A program made the position numbers and the translations under genes. Under the pieces are notes generated by a model. That model worked only from the letters and a program-made list of their open reading frames with translations, did not search any database and was not told the DNA's origin. A stretch of DNA of 64,000 bases. Origin: Candidatus Acidiferrales bacterium. Lineage in GTDB: Bacteria; Acidobacteriota; Terriglobia; Acidiferrales; UBA7541. The DNA lies in assembly GCA_050746805.1 (NCBI GenBank), contig JBOGMW010000102.1, positions 287 through 64,286 of the forward strand. The letters run 5' to 3'. Position 1 is the first letter of the stretch. Each line of letters begins with the position of its first letter. Shown in pieces: positions 18,934 through 28,418 of the stretch.

Positions 18934-19952
18934 TGGCCGCGTCCGAAGCGGAAGTATCAGGACTGCAGAAGGCCGCCATTTTACTGATCCTCTTGGGTGA
19001 GGACGCGGCCACGGCCATCTACCGTCACCTGAACGAAACCGAACTGCAGCAGATTACCAAACAGATCGCGTCGCTGCAGTCCGTGCCGCCGGAAATCGCC
19101 AGCGAGGTGCTCACGGAATTTCACCGATTGACACTTACGCAAGAATCCATTGCCGCAGGCGGAATCGAAGTGGCGTCGAAGATGCTAACGCAAGCGTTTG
19201 GCGAGCCGGCGGCGAAGGCTCTGCTGGAGCAAGTGGTCGCGGCGCACGAGGAAACCACGCAGCTTTTCGACTCGCTACAAAAAACCGACCCGCAGCAGCT
19301 GGTAAAGTTCGTGGAGTCGGAGCACCCGCAGACGATCGCCATGGTGCTGGCGCACATGGGGACGAAAACAGCGTCATCGCTGCTGGTCCTGCTGCCGGAA
19401 AAGCTGCGCGGACACGTAGTGAAGCGGCTGGCCGAGATGCAGGCCTTTTCCCCGGAGATGGCGCAGAAAATATCGCAGGTGCTGCACCGCAAAGTGGAGT
19501 CGCTCGGCGATCAGGTGCGGCGTTCCTATGGCGGAGTGAAAATCGCGGCGGAGATGCTGAATCGCATCGATCCTACCGTCAGCAAATCGATTCTGGAAAA
19601 CGTGGAATCGGAAGACGCCAAGTTGGCGCTCAACATTCGCAACAGCATGTTCACGTTCGAGGATCTGCTGAGCGTGCCGGAAAATGGGATTCGGGATTTG
19701 CTGTCGAGCGTCGATAAGAAAACGCTGGCGACGTCGTTGAAAGGCGCTCCAGAAGATTTGAAGAACCATATTTTCAAGACCATGTCGTCGCGCGCCGTGG
19801 AAATGCTGAAGGAAGACATGGAAGCGCTAGGGCCGGTGCGCGCACAGAGCGTGGTGCAAGCGCAGCAGGAGATCGTGCAATCGGCGCGCAGCTTGGAAGC
19901 CGAGGGAAAACTGGTGCTGAATAATGACCAGCAGGAAGCGTACATCGTCTGA
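18933..19952 (+). CDS. fliG: flagellar motor switch protein FliG
   Basis: 339 aa. LQKAAILLILLGEDAATAIYRHLNETELQQITKQIASL ... MFTFEDLLSVPENGIRDLL. TGATG junction with fliF. Confidence 0.95.
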   Translation: MAASEAEVSGLQKAAILLILLGEDAATAIYRHLNETELQQITKQIASLQSVPPEIASEVLTEFHRLTLTQESIAAGGIEVASKMLTQAFGEPAAKALLEQVVAAHEETTQLFDSLQKTDPQQLVKFVESEHPQTIAMVLAHMGTKTASSLLVLLPEKLRGHVVKRLAEMQAFSPEMAQKISQVLHRKVESLGDQVRRSYGGVKIAAEMLNRIDPTVSKSILENVESEDAKLALNIRNSMFTFEDLLSVPENGIRDLLSSVDKKTLATSLKGAPEDLKNHIFKTMSSRAVEMLKEDMEALGPVRAQSVVQAQQEIVQSARSLEAEGKLVLNNDQQEAYIV

Positions 19953-20631
19953 GGTACGAGGCGCCGATCCAGCCGCGCCGTTCGTCTATCACCCGGCGCC
20001 GGGATGGAAGCCGCCGCGCGAAGATCCGGCCGCAGCAATAGCAATCTTGACGGCTTCAGGCGCCGCGGTACTCTCCGCCCAGCCCGCGCCCAACGCGCCT
20101 AGCGCAGAAGAGCAGAGTCGCGCACGGGAAAAGCAAGCGTGGGAGCGCGGATTCCAGGAGGGCGCGGCGAAGGCTCGCGCGGAATCCGACGTCGAATCTA
20201 CAAAACAACGTGATGCCGTGGCCGAAGCTCTGCGCGGGTTCGCACAACAACGCGGAGAGTACTTTCGCCGCGTGGAAGCGGAAGTGGTGGGCCTGGCCCT
20301 GGCGATTGCGCGCAAGGTGCTGCGGCGCGAGGCGCAAATCGATCCGCTGCTGCTCTCAGGAATGGTTCGCGTGGCTCTCGAAAAAACGGCCGCGAGCCAG
20401 AACGTCCGCTTGCGCGTACACCCGTCGCAAATCGATGCGTGGCGTGAACACCTCGCGGCGCTTGGGGATCTGGGCATCGAACCGGAACTATCCGGAGACG
20501 CGACGCTCGAACCGAATCAGTGCCAGATCGAGACGGAAATGGGCGTGACGGAACTGAATCTCGAAACGCATCTCAAGGAAATCGAGCAAGGTCTCTTCGA
20601 CCTACTGGCGCAAAGGCCCACGCCCAAATGA
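19924..20631 (+). CDS. fliH: flagellar assembly protein FliH
   Basis: Position between fliG and fliI. FQEGAAKARAESD...EAEVVGLALAIARKVLRREAQIDPLLLSGMVRVALEK. The start is uncertain. Confidence 0.75.
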   Translation: MTSRKRTSSEVRGADPAAPFVYHPAPGWKPPREDPAAAIAILTASGAAVLSAQPAPNAPSAEEQSRAREKQAWERGFQEGAAKARAESDVESTKQRDAVAEALRGFAQQRGEYFRRVEAEVVGLALAIARKVLRREAQIDPLLLSGMVRVALEKTAASQNVRLRVHPSQIDAWREHLAALGDLGIEPELSGDATLEPNQCQIETEMGVTELNLETHLKEIEQGLFDLLAQRPTPK

Positions 20632-21944
20632 CGCAATCCGCTCCGCTCCTCGATCCATTTTTTCGCCGGCTCGATCAGGTTTCCGTTTGGCGCTCCACGG
20701 GCCGTATCAACAAAGCTGTCGGTTTTCTGGTTGAATCGGAGGGGCCGTGCTGTTCCGTGGGCGAATGCTGCGAAATCGTAGGCGCGGACGGCCACCCACG
20801 AGAAGGCGAAGTGGTTGGATTTCGCGGACGCACGGTGCTCTCGATGCCGCTCGAACGACCGGAAGGAATTCGCTTCGGCGACCGGGTGATCACGCATGGA
20901 ATTCATCCGGTGCTTCCGGTTGGTGATGAACTTCTCGGACGCGTGATCGACGCGATGGGCCGTCCGCTTGATTCCCTCGGCGGATATCGCGCCCCCGATT
21001 ATCGCGCGCTGCATGGCGCGGCCCCCCAGCCACTTGACCGCACGCCGATTCACGAGCCGCTGGGATGTGGCATTCGCGCGATTGACGGAATGCTTTCCTG
21101 CGGACGCGGCCAGCGCATCGGAATCTTCGGCGGCAGCGGAGTAGGGAAAAGCACGCTCGTGGGCATGATGGCGCGCGGCACTTCGGCAGACCTAACGGTC
21201 GTCGCGCTAGTGGGCGAGCGGGGGCGCGAGGTGCGAGAGTTTTTAGAGGACTCACTGGGCGCCGAAGGACGCAAGCGGTCGGTTGTGGTGGTCGCCACTT
21301 CAGATCAATCGCCGTTGCTGCGATTGCGCGCCGCGCTTGTGGCGACCGCCGTTTCGGAATATTTCGCGGCGCGCGGGCGGCATGTGCTGTTGGTGGTCGA
21401 TTCGCTCACCCGATTTGCCATGGCACAGCGCGAAGTGGGCCTGGCCGCTGGTGAGCCTCCGACGGCGAAAGCCTATACGCCTTCCGTTTTTTCCCTGTTA
21501 GCGCAACTCGTGGAACGCGCGGGGCACTTCGGGTCCGGTAGCATCACCGCGTTTTACAGCTTACTGATGGAAGGTGACGATCAGCAGGACCCGCTCGTCG
21601 ATGCCGTACGCGCGCTGCTCGACGGCCACATCGTTCTCGACCGGCGATTGGCGGCGCGAAATCACTACCCGCCCATCTCCGTGCTCGATAGTCTCAGCCG
21701 CCTGCTCGACGCTGTGTGCACTCCGGAGCAGCTCAACAAAATTCAGCGGGTGCGGCAGTTGATGGCTGCTTACGCGGCTTCGGAGGATCTAATCCGCGTG
21801 GGCGCCTATCAAAGGGGCACGGACGCTACGCTCGACAAAGCTCTGGAAGCGATGCCGGCAATCAACCGTTTCCTCTGCCAGAAAAAGTCCGATCTCTGCA
21901 CGTTCGAAGAATCCCGAGCGGCGCTTCTTGCCATCCCCGCATAA
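20628..21944 (+). CDS. fliI: flagellum-specific ATPase FliI
   Basis: Walker A GIFGGSGVGKSTLVGMM. VVVATSDQSPLLR. LLVVDSLTRFAMAQREV. ATGA overlap with fliH. Confidence 0.95.
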   Translation: MTQSAPLLDPFFRRLDQVSVWRSTGRINKAVGFLVESEGPCCSVGECCEIVGADGHPREGEVVGFRGRTVLSMPLERPEGIRFGDRVITHGIHPVLPVGDELLGRVIDAMGRPLDSLGGYRAPDYRALHGAAPQPLDRTPIHEPLGCGIRAIDGMLSCGRGQRIGIFGGSGVGKSTLVGMMARGTSADLTVVALVGERGREVREFLEDSLGAEGRKRSVVVVATSDQSPLLRLRAALVATAVSEYFAARGRHVLLVVDSLTRFAMAQREVGLAAGEPPTAKAYTPSVFSLLAQLVERAGHFGSGSITAFYSLLMEGDDQQDPLVDAVRALLDGHIVLDRRLAARNHYPPISVLDSLSRLLDAVCTPEQLNKIQRVRQLMAAYAASEDLIRVGAYQRGTDATLDKALEAMPAINRFLCQKKSDLCTFEESRAALLAIPA

Positions 21945-21946
21945 CC

Positions 21947-22393
21947 ATGCCATTTCAATTTACGCTGCAGCCTGTGTGGCGGCTCCGGGCGAGTTTGGAA
22001 CGAATCGAGCGGTTGCGCTTGCTGCAGATCGCGGCGGCCATCGTGCAAGTGCAAAATGAAATTGGCGCGTTGGTTCGCGAGTCGGAGGCGGCGCGGCAAA
22101 GATTGCGCGAGCGATTGGCCAGGGGCTCCTCCGGTGTGGAAATTCAATTCGAGGCTGCGTGTGAAGCGGCGCGATTGAATTATCGCCGCACGCTCGATGC
22201 GCGTTTGGCGATTCTTCGCGGGAAACACCAAGCGCAAAAAGTTGCCTACCGAAACGCACGCCAAAAGCGCGAAATTCTGGAAAATCTGCGCGAGCGGCAG
22301 TTCCACGAATATCTTCGCGAGCAGGCCCGGCGCGAACAGCGCGTGCAGGACGAACTGTATCTTCTGCGCCACGGTAATCCACTCGCTGAATAA
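21947..22393 (+). CDS. fliJ: flagellar export protein FliJ
   Basis: 148-aa coiled-coil protein directly after fliI (MPFQFTLQPVWRLRASLERIERLRLLQIAAAIVQVQNE...). Confidence 0.7.
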   Translation: MPFQFTLQPVWRLRASLERIERLRLLQIAAAIVQVQNEIGALVRESEAARQRLRERLARGSSGVEIQFEAACEAARLNYRRTLDARLAILRGKHQAQKVAYRNARQKREILENLRERQFHEYLREQARREQRVQDELYLLRHGNPLAE

Positions 22394-22567
22394 AGTTTGC
22401 CGGGCCACGTCGGCAATTCTTGCCGCTTCGTCGTTCCTTTCCTGAGCGTCCGAAGTGTTTCGCACGGCCTCAGTGGCCTCAAGACCCGCGATTACAACAA
22501 CATCGAACCACAATCGGTACTTCCGGCTCGGTAGTGCGAGTTCGGCCTGGGCCTTGCATCGGGTCCG

Positions 22568-24319
22568 ATGACCGATGGATCGCCCATGCTGACTATCGCC
22601 GCTCAAGCCGCGCCCCAAGATGCCGCCGCGGCGCCGTCGTTTGGCGCTCGATCTGCGGCGCCCGCGCAGCCCGGCTCGTTCGATTCAGTGCTTTCGTCAA
22701 AAACAGCGGCGCATGAAAGCGCGGCATCCTCCTCGCCCAAGGGATCCTCGTCCATCCCGAATGGCAATCGAGCGACGCCTTCGCATGACAAGCCTCACGG
22801 ACCGGCGTCGGCAGCATCCGCGACCCAAACAAACCCGGCAATCGCCGCTCCGGCACAACCAGAGGCGGTGGTTCAGGCCTCGCCAAAGAACGCTTCGACC
22901 GGCGCCGATTCGGTCGACGGAAGCACGCCAATTTCCGCCGAAAGTGAAAAGCTGGTCGAATCGCCGTCAGCAGGTGCGTCAGCGTCTGCTTGGATCGGTG
23001 GCTTGGACGAGCCGCAGGCCGCGCTTGCAGCGCAATCAAGCGCTCTCGAGTCCCCAGATTCTCAATCATCCGATCCAATGAAATCGCACTCGTCTGATCC
23101 TGCACGAGATTCGCAGACGCAATCTGCACCTGCATCGGTTGCGCCGGATTCGGCGCTGCTGGTTGCATCGCAGAATTCCGCGATCACCGACGGACAGCTT
23201 TTCACTCAAGATCTTCCGGCGGGCCCGGCAGTCGATTCACAAACGGTGCTTTGCGCGACCGCAACTTCCGGGCGCGCCGAAGCGTCATCGAGTGCCGCTG
23301 GACGCGCACCGGATGCGTCAGGAATTACGACCTCGCACGCGAATTCGGCAGGTCTCGAGCCACAGGCTTCCGGAATCAATGCGGGGGCAACAGATGTCCA
23401 GAATTCGCAATCAGCGCGCGCCGAAGATTCGAAAAGCAATCCCACGAACGCAGCGAGCACAGCGGTCACGTCGAACGCGCCTCGTTTACAATTCGTGCCG
23501 CTTGATGCATCGACCGTACTGCAGAACCAAGGCGTCAGTGTTTCATCGTCCAGCCACGGCACGTTGCAATTGACGGCATCCGATTCGGCAAAGACGGTTT
23601 CCGCGCCCGCAGATGCTTCGGGCTCAAGCCATACAGGCTCAGACGGTCAGTCCAGCGATCCAAAATCTTCGGATTCCAATTCAGCCGCCGCGCAGACCGC
23701 CGGGCTTGCGCAAACGGCTGTTGGCGGACCACTGCATGCGCCGGCCGGCCCCTCCGTTTCGACGGAAGTGCCGGCCAGCCCATCAGCGGCGACGGCTTCG
23801 CCGTCGGCTCTTACTCCCTCGAATTCATTGGTGTCGATTGCCTCGCGGCCTGCGCCGCTGCCGCCCGCTGCGCCTTCGTCGTTGAACGACGCCGTGCAAG
23901 CGAGCCAGCTGTATCAACATGTCGGCGGCGCCGAAATGCACATCGTCATGAGCACGGACTTGCTCGGCGCGGTGGACGTCCACGCTGTGGTGCGCCAGAG
24001 CACCGTTTCGGCAACGATCGGTGTGCAACGCCCCGAGGTGCAGTCGCTGTTGGCGAGCGATCTGCCATCGCTGCAGCACGCGCTTTCCGAACATAGTCTG
24101 CATGTCGAGCAGATATCCGTTTTCGGCGGTTCTACCGGAAACCAAATGGATATGGGCAGGCAGTCTCCGCAAAACCAGCGCAGTTGGCAATCGCCACTCA
24201 CGCCGTCAAGTGCGCCAGGTTACGAAGGCGACTCGATCGTCGCGAGATCTGTAGGGAGCTCCACAATCGCCGTCTCGGCAGGGAACTATGCCGAGGGGCG
24301 CTTGAGCATTCACGTGTAG
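22568..24319 (+). CDS. fliK: flagellar hook-length control protein FliK
   Basis: 583 aa. Long S/A/P/T-rich low-complexity N-terminal part. C-terminal Flg_hook-like domain ASQLYQHVGGAEMHIVMSTDLLGAVDVHAVVRQSTVSATIGVQRPEVQSLLASDLPSLQHAL. Confidence 0.8.
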   Translation: MTDGSPMLTIAAQAAPQDAAAAPSFGARSAAPAQPGSFDSVLSSKTAAHESAASSSPKGSSSIPNGNRATPSHDKPHGPASAASATQTNPAIAAPAQPEAVVQASPKNASTGADSVDGSTPISAESEKLVESPSAGASASAWIGGLDEPQAALAAQSSALESPDSQSSDPMKSHSSDPARDSQTQSAPASVAPDSALLVASQNSAITDGQLFTQDLPAGPAVDSQTVLCATATSGRAEASSSAAGRAPDASGITTSHANSAGLEPQASGINAGATDVQNSQSARAEDSKSNPTNAASTAVTSNAPRLQFVPLDASTVLQNQGVSVSSSSHGTLQLTASDSAKTVSAPADASGSSHTGSDGQSSDPKSSDSNSAAAQTAGLAQTAVGGPLHAPAGPSVSTEVPASPSAATASPSALTPSNSLVSIASRPAPLPPAAPSSLNDAVQASQLYQHVGGAEMHIVMSTDLLGAVDVHAVVRQSTVSATIGVQRPEVQSLLASDLPSLQHALSEHSLHVEQISVFGGSTGNQMDMGRQSPQNQRSWQSPLTPSSAPGYEGDSIVARSVGSSTIAVSAGNYAEGRLSIHV

Positions 24320-24345
24320 CGAATTGCGAGCAAAGGAGAAAAGCG

Positions 24346-24687
24346 ATGTCATCAATCGGTGCGGTGAATCCATTCCAGCCGCAGGCGGCGGACGCCACGA
24401 GCAACTCGACCAATTCATCGAATTCGTCGTCATCCAGCAATGAATTGACGGGCGACTCCTTCATTCAACTTTTGACCGCGCAGCTTCAGGCCCAGGATCC
24501 GTTGAACCCGACTGATCCGACCACTTTCGTCACACAGCTGGTGCAGTTCAACCAACTCGAACAGCTGATCGACATCAATCAAACTTTGTCGCAGTCTGCG
24601 CAGCCTGCGGCCACAGACCAAACTCAACCCACTAGCTCGGCGGCAAACGTGACGTCACGGCAGCCAGCTGGAACTTCAATCCTATAG
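24346..24687 (+). CDS. flgD: hook capping/assembly protein FlgD (N-terminal domain only, 113 aa)
   Basis: LTGDSFIQLLTAQLQAQDPLNPTDPTTFVTQLVQFNQLEQLIDINQTL. Sits between fliK and flgE. AGGAGA SD. Confidence 0.8.
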   Translation: MSSIGAVNPFQPQAADATSNSTNSSNSSSSSNELTGDSFIQLLTAQLQAQDPLNPTDPTTFVTQLVQFNQLEQLIDINQTLSQSAQPAATDQTQPTSSAANVTSRQPAGTSIL

Positions 24688-24697
24688 GAGATAGAAC

Positions 24698-25945
24698 ATG
24701 CCATCTTTTGCGACAGCCTTGTCCGGACTGAACGCCGATTCTCAGGATCTTTCAGTGATTTCGAATAACCTGGCGAACCTGAATACCACGGCATTCAAAA
24801 GCGCCGCCGCTTCGTTTCAGGATTTGTTTTACCAGCAGATAGGGAGCAGCGGCGACGGCAACCCGCTCGAGGTCGGCGCTGGAACGCAGGTCGGTTCAGT
24901 GCCGGCCAACTTCACGCAGGGCAACACCGAGTCCACGGGCGTTCCCACGGACTTGGCGATTCAAGGCGATGGCTTCCTGATCGGCGTCAACAATGGCCAG
25001 GAGGTTTACACGCGCGCGGGGAATTTGTCTCTCACGGCCGATGGACTGCTGGTAACGCCGGACGGCTCTGAGATCCAAGGCTTCTCAGCCGTGAACGGTG
25101 CCATCAGTCCCAGCCAGACTCCCGGACCTCTGACTATTGCGACGGGCTTAATCAATCCGCCTAAAGCGAGCGCCAACGCGCAGCTCAGCGTCAATTTAGA
25201 TTCGGGTACGGCCGTGGGCGGCACGTTCAGCACGCCTCTCACCGTTTATGACTCGCTCGGCGCGTCACACGTGGTCACATTCACATTCACGAAAACCGCC
25301 GCTAATGCCTGGAGCTATTCGGCCACCATTCCGGCGGCGGATGTAACTGGATCCGCGGCTCCGGTGGTGATCGCTAGTGGAACTGGCGCCACCGGTTTGA
25401 CGTTCAACGGCGCGGGCCAGCTTACTGCCCCGGCCGGACCTATATCCATGTCGGCAGCGAACCTCGCCGACGGTGCTAATACGCTCGCGTTCAAGTGGGA
25501 TTTAAGCGATGCCAATGGCAACGGCCTGCTCACCCAGGTTTCCGGGCCATCGTCAACTTCCGCCACGCAGCAGGACGGCTTTGCCAGCGGCTCGCTGGTG
25601 AGCTTCAGCATCGGCTCCGATGGCACCATTCAAGGCACCTTCAGCAACGGCCAAACGCAGGCGCTCGGGCAAATTCTGCTTGCCACGTTTGCCGATGAAC
25701 AGGGTTTGAGCCGCGTCGGCGCAAATGAGTTCGTCGCCAATTTGGCTTCCGGTGCGCCAAGCGTAGGCGCGCCCGGGACGGGAGGCCGCGGCACGCTTTC
25801 AGGTGGCGCGCTCGAGCAATCCAACGTGGACATTTCCACCGAGTTTGCCAACCTGATCCTGGCTCAAAGCGGATTCCAGGCCAATGCAAAGGTGGTAACA
25901 ACTCTGGACACGATCACGCAAGATACGATCAACATGATCCAGTAA
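24698..25945 (+). CDS. flgE: flagellar hook protein FlgE
   Basis: MPSFATALSGLNADSQDLSVISNNLANLNTTAFKS ... GALEQSNVDISTEFANLILAQSGFQANAKVVTT. Confidence 0.95.
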   Translation: MPSFATALSGLNADSQDLSVISNNLANLNTTAFKSAAASFQDLFYQQIGSSGDGNPLEVGAGTQVGSVPANFTQGNTESTGVPTDLAIQGDGFLIGVNNGQEVYTRAGNLSLTADGLLVTPDGSEIQGFSAVNGAISPSQTPGPLTIATGLINPPKASANAQLSVNLDSGTAVGGTFSTPLTVYDSLGASHVVTFTFTKTAANAWSYSATIPAADVTGSAAPVVIASGTGATGLTFNGAGQLTAPAGPISMSAANLADGANTLAFKWDLSDANGNGLLTQVSGPSSTSATQQDGFASGSLVSFSIGSDGTIQGTFSNGQTQALGQILLATFADEQGLSRVGANEFVANLASGAPSVGAPGTGGRGTLSGGALEQSNVDISTEFANLILAQSGFQANAKVVTTLDTITQDTINMIQ

Positions 25946-26203
25946 AAGGCAAAAAGCTGCGCGCTCGCATTCGCGCGAATCAAAGCTCGCGCGTATACGG
26001 CGATCGCGAGATTCTCTTCATTAGATTCTTTTTAGCTGACGCGTGAGAAGGTGCGGTGCCGTCAAATCTCCGCGCCGTCTTGCGTGCGACATCTTGCATA
26101 AACCCCGGCAGTAACGGCGGTTGCGCGTTGTTTCGCGCGGCGGCAAAGATTTTCGGGTGCACCGGCCCTTCGGTTTGCCAATTGCATATCCCTCGGCGAA
26201 GCC

Positions 26204-26692
26204 ATGGCCCAAGCCCCTGTTGCAGCGCCCGAAGCGCCGAAGAAGTCGAAGAAAAAGCCTCGCGGCAAGAAAATGTTGCTGGTGGTTGTGGTGCTGCTTT
26301 GCGCCGGACTCGCCGCCGGTGGGTGGCTCTGGCACGGTTCCGCCTCATCGCGGAACAAACCTGCGGACGCAAACGTCAGCGCGGTGAAATCCGTTCTGCA
26401 CCTCGAAAGCTTCGTTGTGAACTTGCAAGGCGGTGATTCGGACACCGGTTATCTCCGCGTGGGCATCGATCTGGGATTGGGCGTCGCCGCGCAGGGCGAT
26501 GGCGAAAAAGACGTGATCGCGCCTTTGCGCGACACCATTCTTACCGTTTTGGGAACTCAGAATGTGGGCGACCTGTTGACGCCCGCGGGCAAGGCAAAAC
26601 TGAAAGACCAGATCCTTGCGGCCATTCAACAGCGGCTTCCCGACATCCAGTGCCGCGACGTTTATTTCACCGAATTTCTGGTGCAGCACTAA
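26204..26692 (+). CDS. fliL: flagellar basal body-associated protein FliL
   Basis: Basic N-terminus, one TM (MLLVVVVLLCAGLAAGGWLW), then LHLESFVVNLQGGDSDTGYLRVGIDLGL...LKDQILAAIQQRL. Confidence 0.85.
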   Translation: MAQAPVAAPEAPKKSKKKPRGKKMLLVVVVLLCAGLAAGGWLWHGSASSRNKPADANVSAVKSVLHLESFVVNLQGGDSDTGYLRVGIDLGLGVAAQGDGEKDVIAPLRDTILTVLGTQNVGDLLTPAGKAKLKDQILAAIQQRLPDIQCRDVYFTEFLVQH

Positions 26693-26695
26693 GCC

Positions 26696-27019
26696 ATGGC
26701 GCCGTCCACTACCACAGCTGTCGTCGAACCATCTGTGCACCCCGCCCCGCCCGTGCACGCTGCGCCGCCGACGCCCGCCGCGACAGCTTCCGATCCCTGG
26801 GCTGGTTTTCTGCACGTTTCGATGATCGTCGCTGTCGACGCGACCATCGTCGGCTTGACGGTTCGCGAACTGTTTCGCCTGGAGAGAGGTTCGATCGTCG
26901 CCACCGCGCAACTGGTTGAATCGAACGTGCCTTTGAGAGCCGGTGGATCGCTGATTGGATGGGGCGAGTTTCAGGTTGTCGGAGAAAAGCTGGCCGTGCG
27001 CGTAGCGGAGTTGGCCTGA
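26696..27019 (+). CDS. short FliN-family (SpoA domain) switch protein
   Basis: 107 aa. A P/A-rich N-terminus, then VAVDATIVGLTVRELFRLERGSIVATAQLVESNVPLRAGGSLIGWGEFQVVGEKLAVRVAEL. Confidence 0.75.
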   Translation: MAPSTTTAVVEPSVHPAPPVHAAPPTPAATASDPWAGFLHVSMIVAVDATIVGLTVRELFRLERGSIVATAQLVESNVPLRAGGSLIGWGEFQVVGEKLAVRVAELA

Positions 27020-27028
27020 GTATCGTCC

Positions 27029-27346
27029 ATGACGCTAAAAGCAAAAATCGCAATGGAACCGCAAAGCGTTCCCATTTCGCGGGCCTCCGCTTTCGATCTG
27101 TTGCGCTCGGTGTTCGCGCGGCTCTCCAGCCTTGGCATCAGCCGCGTGTGGCGGCGTAACGCGCGCGGCTTGCGCGTTTGCGAGACGCTTTCTCTCGGGA
27201 ATCGCGGCTACATCGCCGTGGTCAGTTACCGGCGGCAGGAGTTTCTCGTCGGCGGCACCACAAATTCGATTGCGCTGCTGGCGCAGCTCTCCACTGCGTC
27301 CGAGGCAGAGCAGAAGAGTCTGGAGGACGACGATCCGACGCGCTGA
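27029..27346 (+). CDS. fliO: FliO-like flagellar biosynthesis protein
   Basis: Position immediately upstream of fliP. LRVCETLSLGNRGYIAVVSYRRQEFLVGGTTNSIALLAQL resembles the FliO core. The TM segment is weak. Confidence 0.55.
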   Translation: MTLKAKIAMEPQSVPISRASAFDLLRSVFARLSSLGISRVWRRNARGLRVCETLSLGNRGYIAVVSYRRQEFLVGGTTNSIALLAQLSTASEAEQKSLEDDDPTR

Positions 27347-27371
27347 TGCGCAGCCGCCGGCTCGCGGGCCC

Positions 27372-28121
27372 ATGAAATGTTCCGCGCTGATCACACGCCT
27401 TTCTATCGCCACCGCGGCTTTCGTCGCGTGGCCCGTGTCCGCCTGGGCGCAGACGCAATCGCTGCCCGCGCTTCCGCTGCGCCTTCCGCCCATTTCTGAC
27501 AGTTCCACATGGACCATCGTCGTGGTCCTCACACTGCTCACGGTGTTGCCGGCGCTGTTGCTTTCCATGACGCCATTCGTGCGCATCCTGATCGTGTTTC
27601 ACTTTCTGCGTCAGGCGCTCGGCACGCAGGACACGCCCAGCAACCAGACGCTCATCGGCCTGGCGCTGTTTCTGACGTATTTCGTGATGCAGCCCGTGGG
27701 CGTGCAAATCAATCGCGTGGCTATCGCGCCGCTCGAAGCGCATCGCATCACCGCCATGCAGGCGCTCGATCGGGGCTCCGTTCCGTTACGCGATTTCATG
27801 CTCCGGTTTACGCGCGAGAAGGATCTCGCCCTGCTTACCGACATGGCGCAGATTCCGCGCCCACGCGAGCCTTCCGACCTGCCCATGCGCGTGGTGATTC
27901 CTGCGTACATATTGTCCGAAATGAAAGCGGGATTTCAGATTGGGGCGGTGTTGTTCTTGCCTTTCATGGTGGTGGACATGGTGGTTGCGGCCATCACCAC
28001 GTCGGTCGGAATGCTGCAACTTCCACCCGTGATCATCTCCACGCCGCTGAAAATTTTGCTGTTCGTGGTGGCCGACGGATGGAACCTGGTGGTCGGCTCG
28101 CTGCTGAAAACTTTTTCGTGA
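27372..28121 (+). CDS. fliP: flagellar export gate protein FliP
   Basis: Signal peptide MKCSALITRLSIATAAFVAWPVSAWA. LLLSMTPFVRILIVFHFLRQALGTQDTPSNQTLIGLALFLTYFVMQPV. Confidence 0.95.
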   Translation: MKCSALITRLSIATAAFVAWPVSAWAQTQSLPALPLRLPPISDSSTWTIVVVLTLLTVLPALLLSMTPFVRILIVFHFLRQALGTQDTPSNQTLIGLALFLTYFVMQPVGVQINRVAIAPLEAHRITAMQALDRGSVPLRDFMLRFTREKDLALLTDMAQIPRPREPSDLPMRVVIPAYILSEMKAGFQIGAVLFLPFMVVDMVVAAITTSVGMLQLPPVIISTPLKILLFVVADGWNLVVGSLLKTFS

Positions 28122-28130
28122 GGCGCATTC

Positions 28131-28400
28131 ATGTCCATGGCTCAGGTGGTTCAAATCACGCGTTCCACGCTGGAGATATCGTTTCTCGTCAGCGCGCCGA
28201 TCTTAGCCGCGGCCATGCTGGTGAGCGCGCTGATCAGCGTGGGTCAGGTGCTCACTTCGATGCAGGATGCCACGCTTTCCACCGTGCCGCGCATCGCGGC
28301 AGTGGGCGCGTTCGCTTTTTGGCTTACGCCGTGGATGATGCACCGCCTGGTGACGTTTACCGTGACGCTTTTCGGCAATTTCCGCCACTTCGTGCAATGA
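28131..28400 (+). CDS. fliQ: flagellar export gate protein FliQ
   Basis: 89 aa. LVSAPILAAAMLVSALISVGQVLTSMQDATLSTVPRIAAV. Confidence 0.95.
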   Translation: MSMAQVVQITRSTLEISFLVSAPILAAAMLVSALISVGQVLTSMQDATLSTVPRIAAVGAFAFWLTPWMMHRLVTFTVTLFGNFRHFVQ

Positions 28401-28418
28401 ACCTTTCAGGAGAAAGTT

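Noticed and set aside
26171-26186. Sigma54-like CGGTTTG-CCAA-TTGCA upstream of fliL, and CGGCCTG-GGCC-TTGCA (22543..22558) upstream of fliK.
   Set aside because: The -24 elements are poor. The predicted start sites would fall within 0-8 nt of the start codons and leave no SD. They are probably chance TTGCA occurrences.
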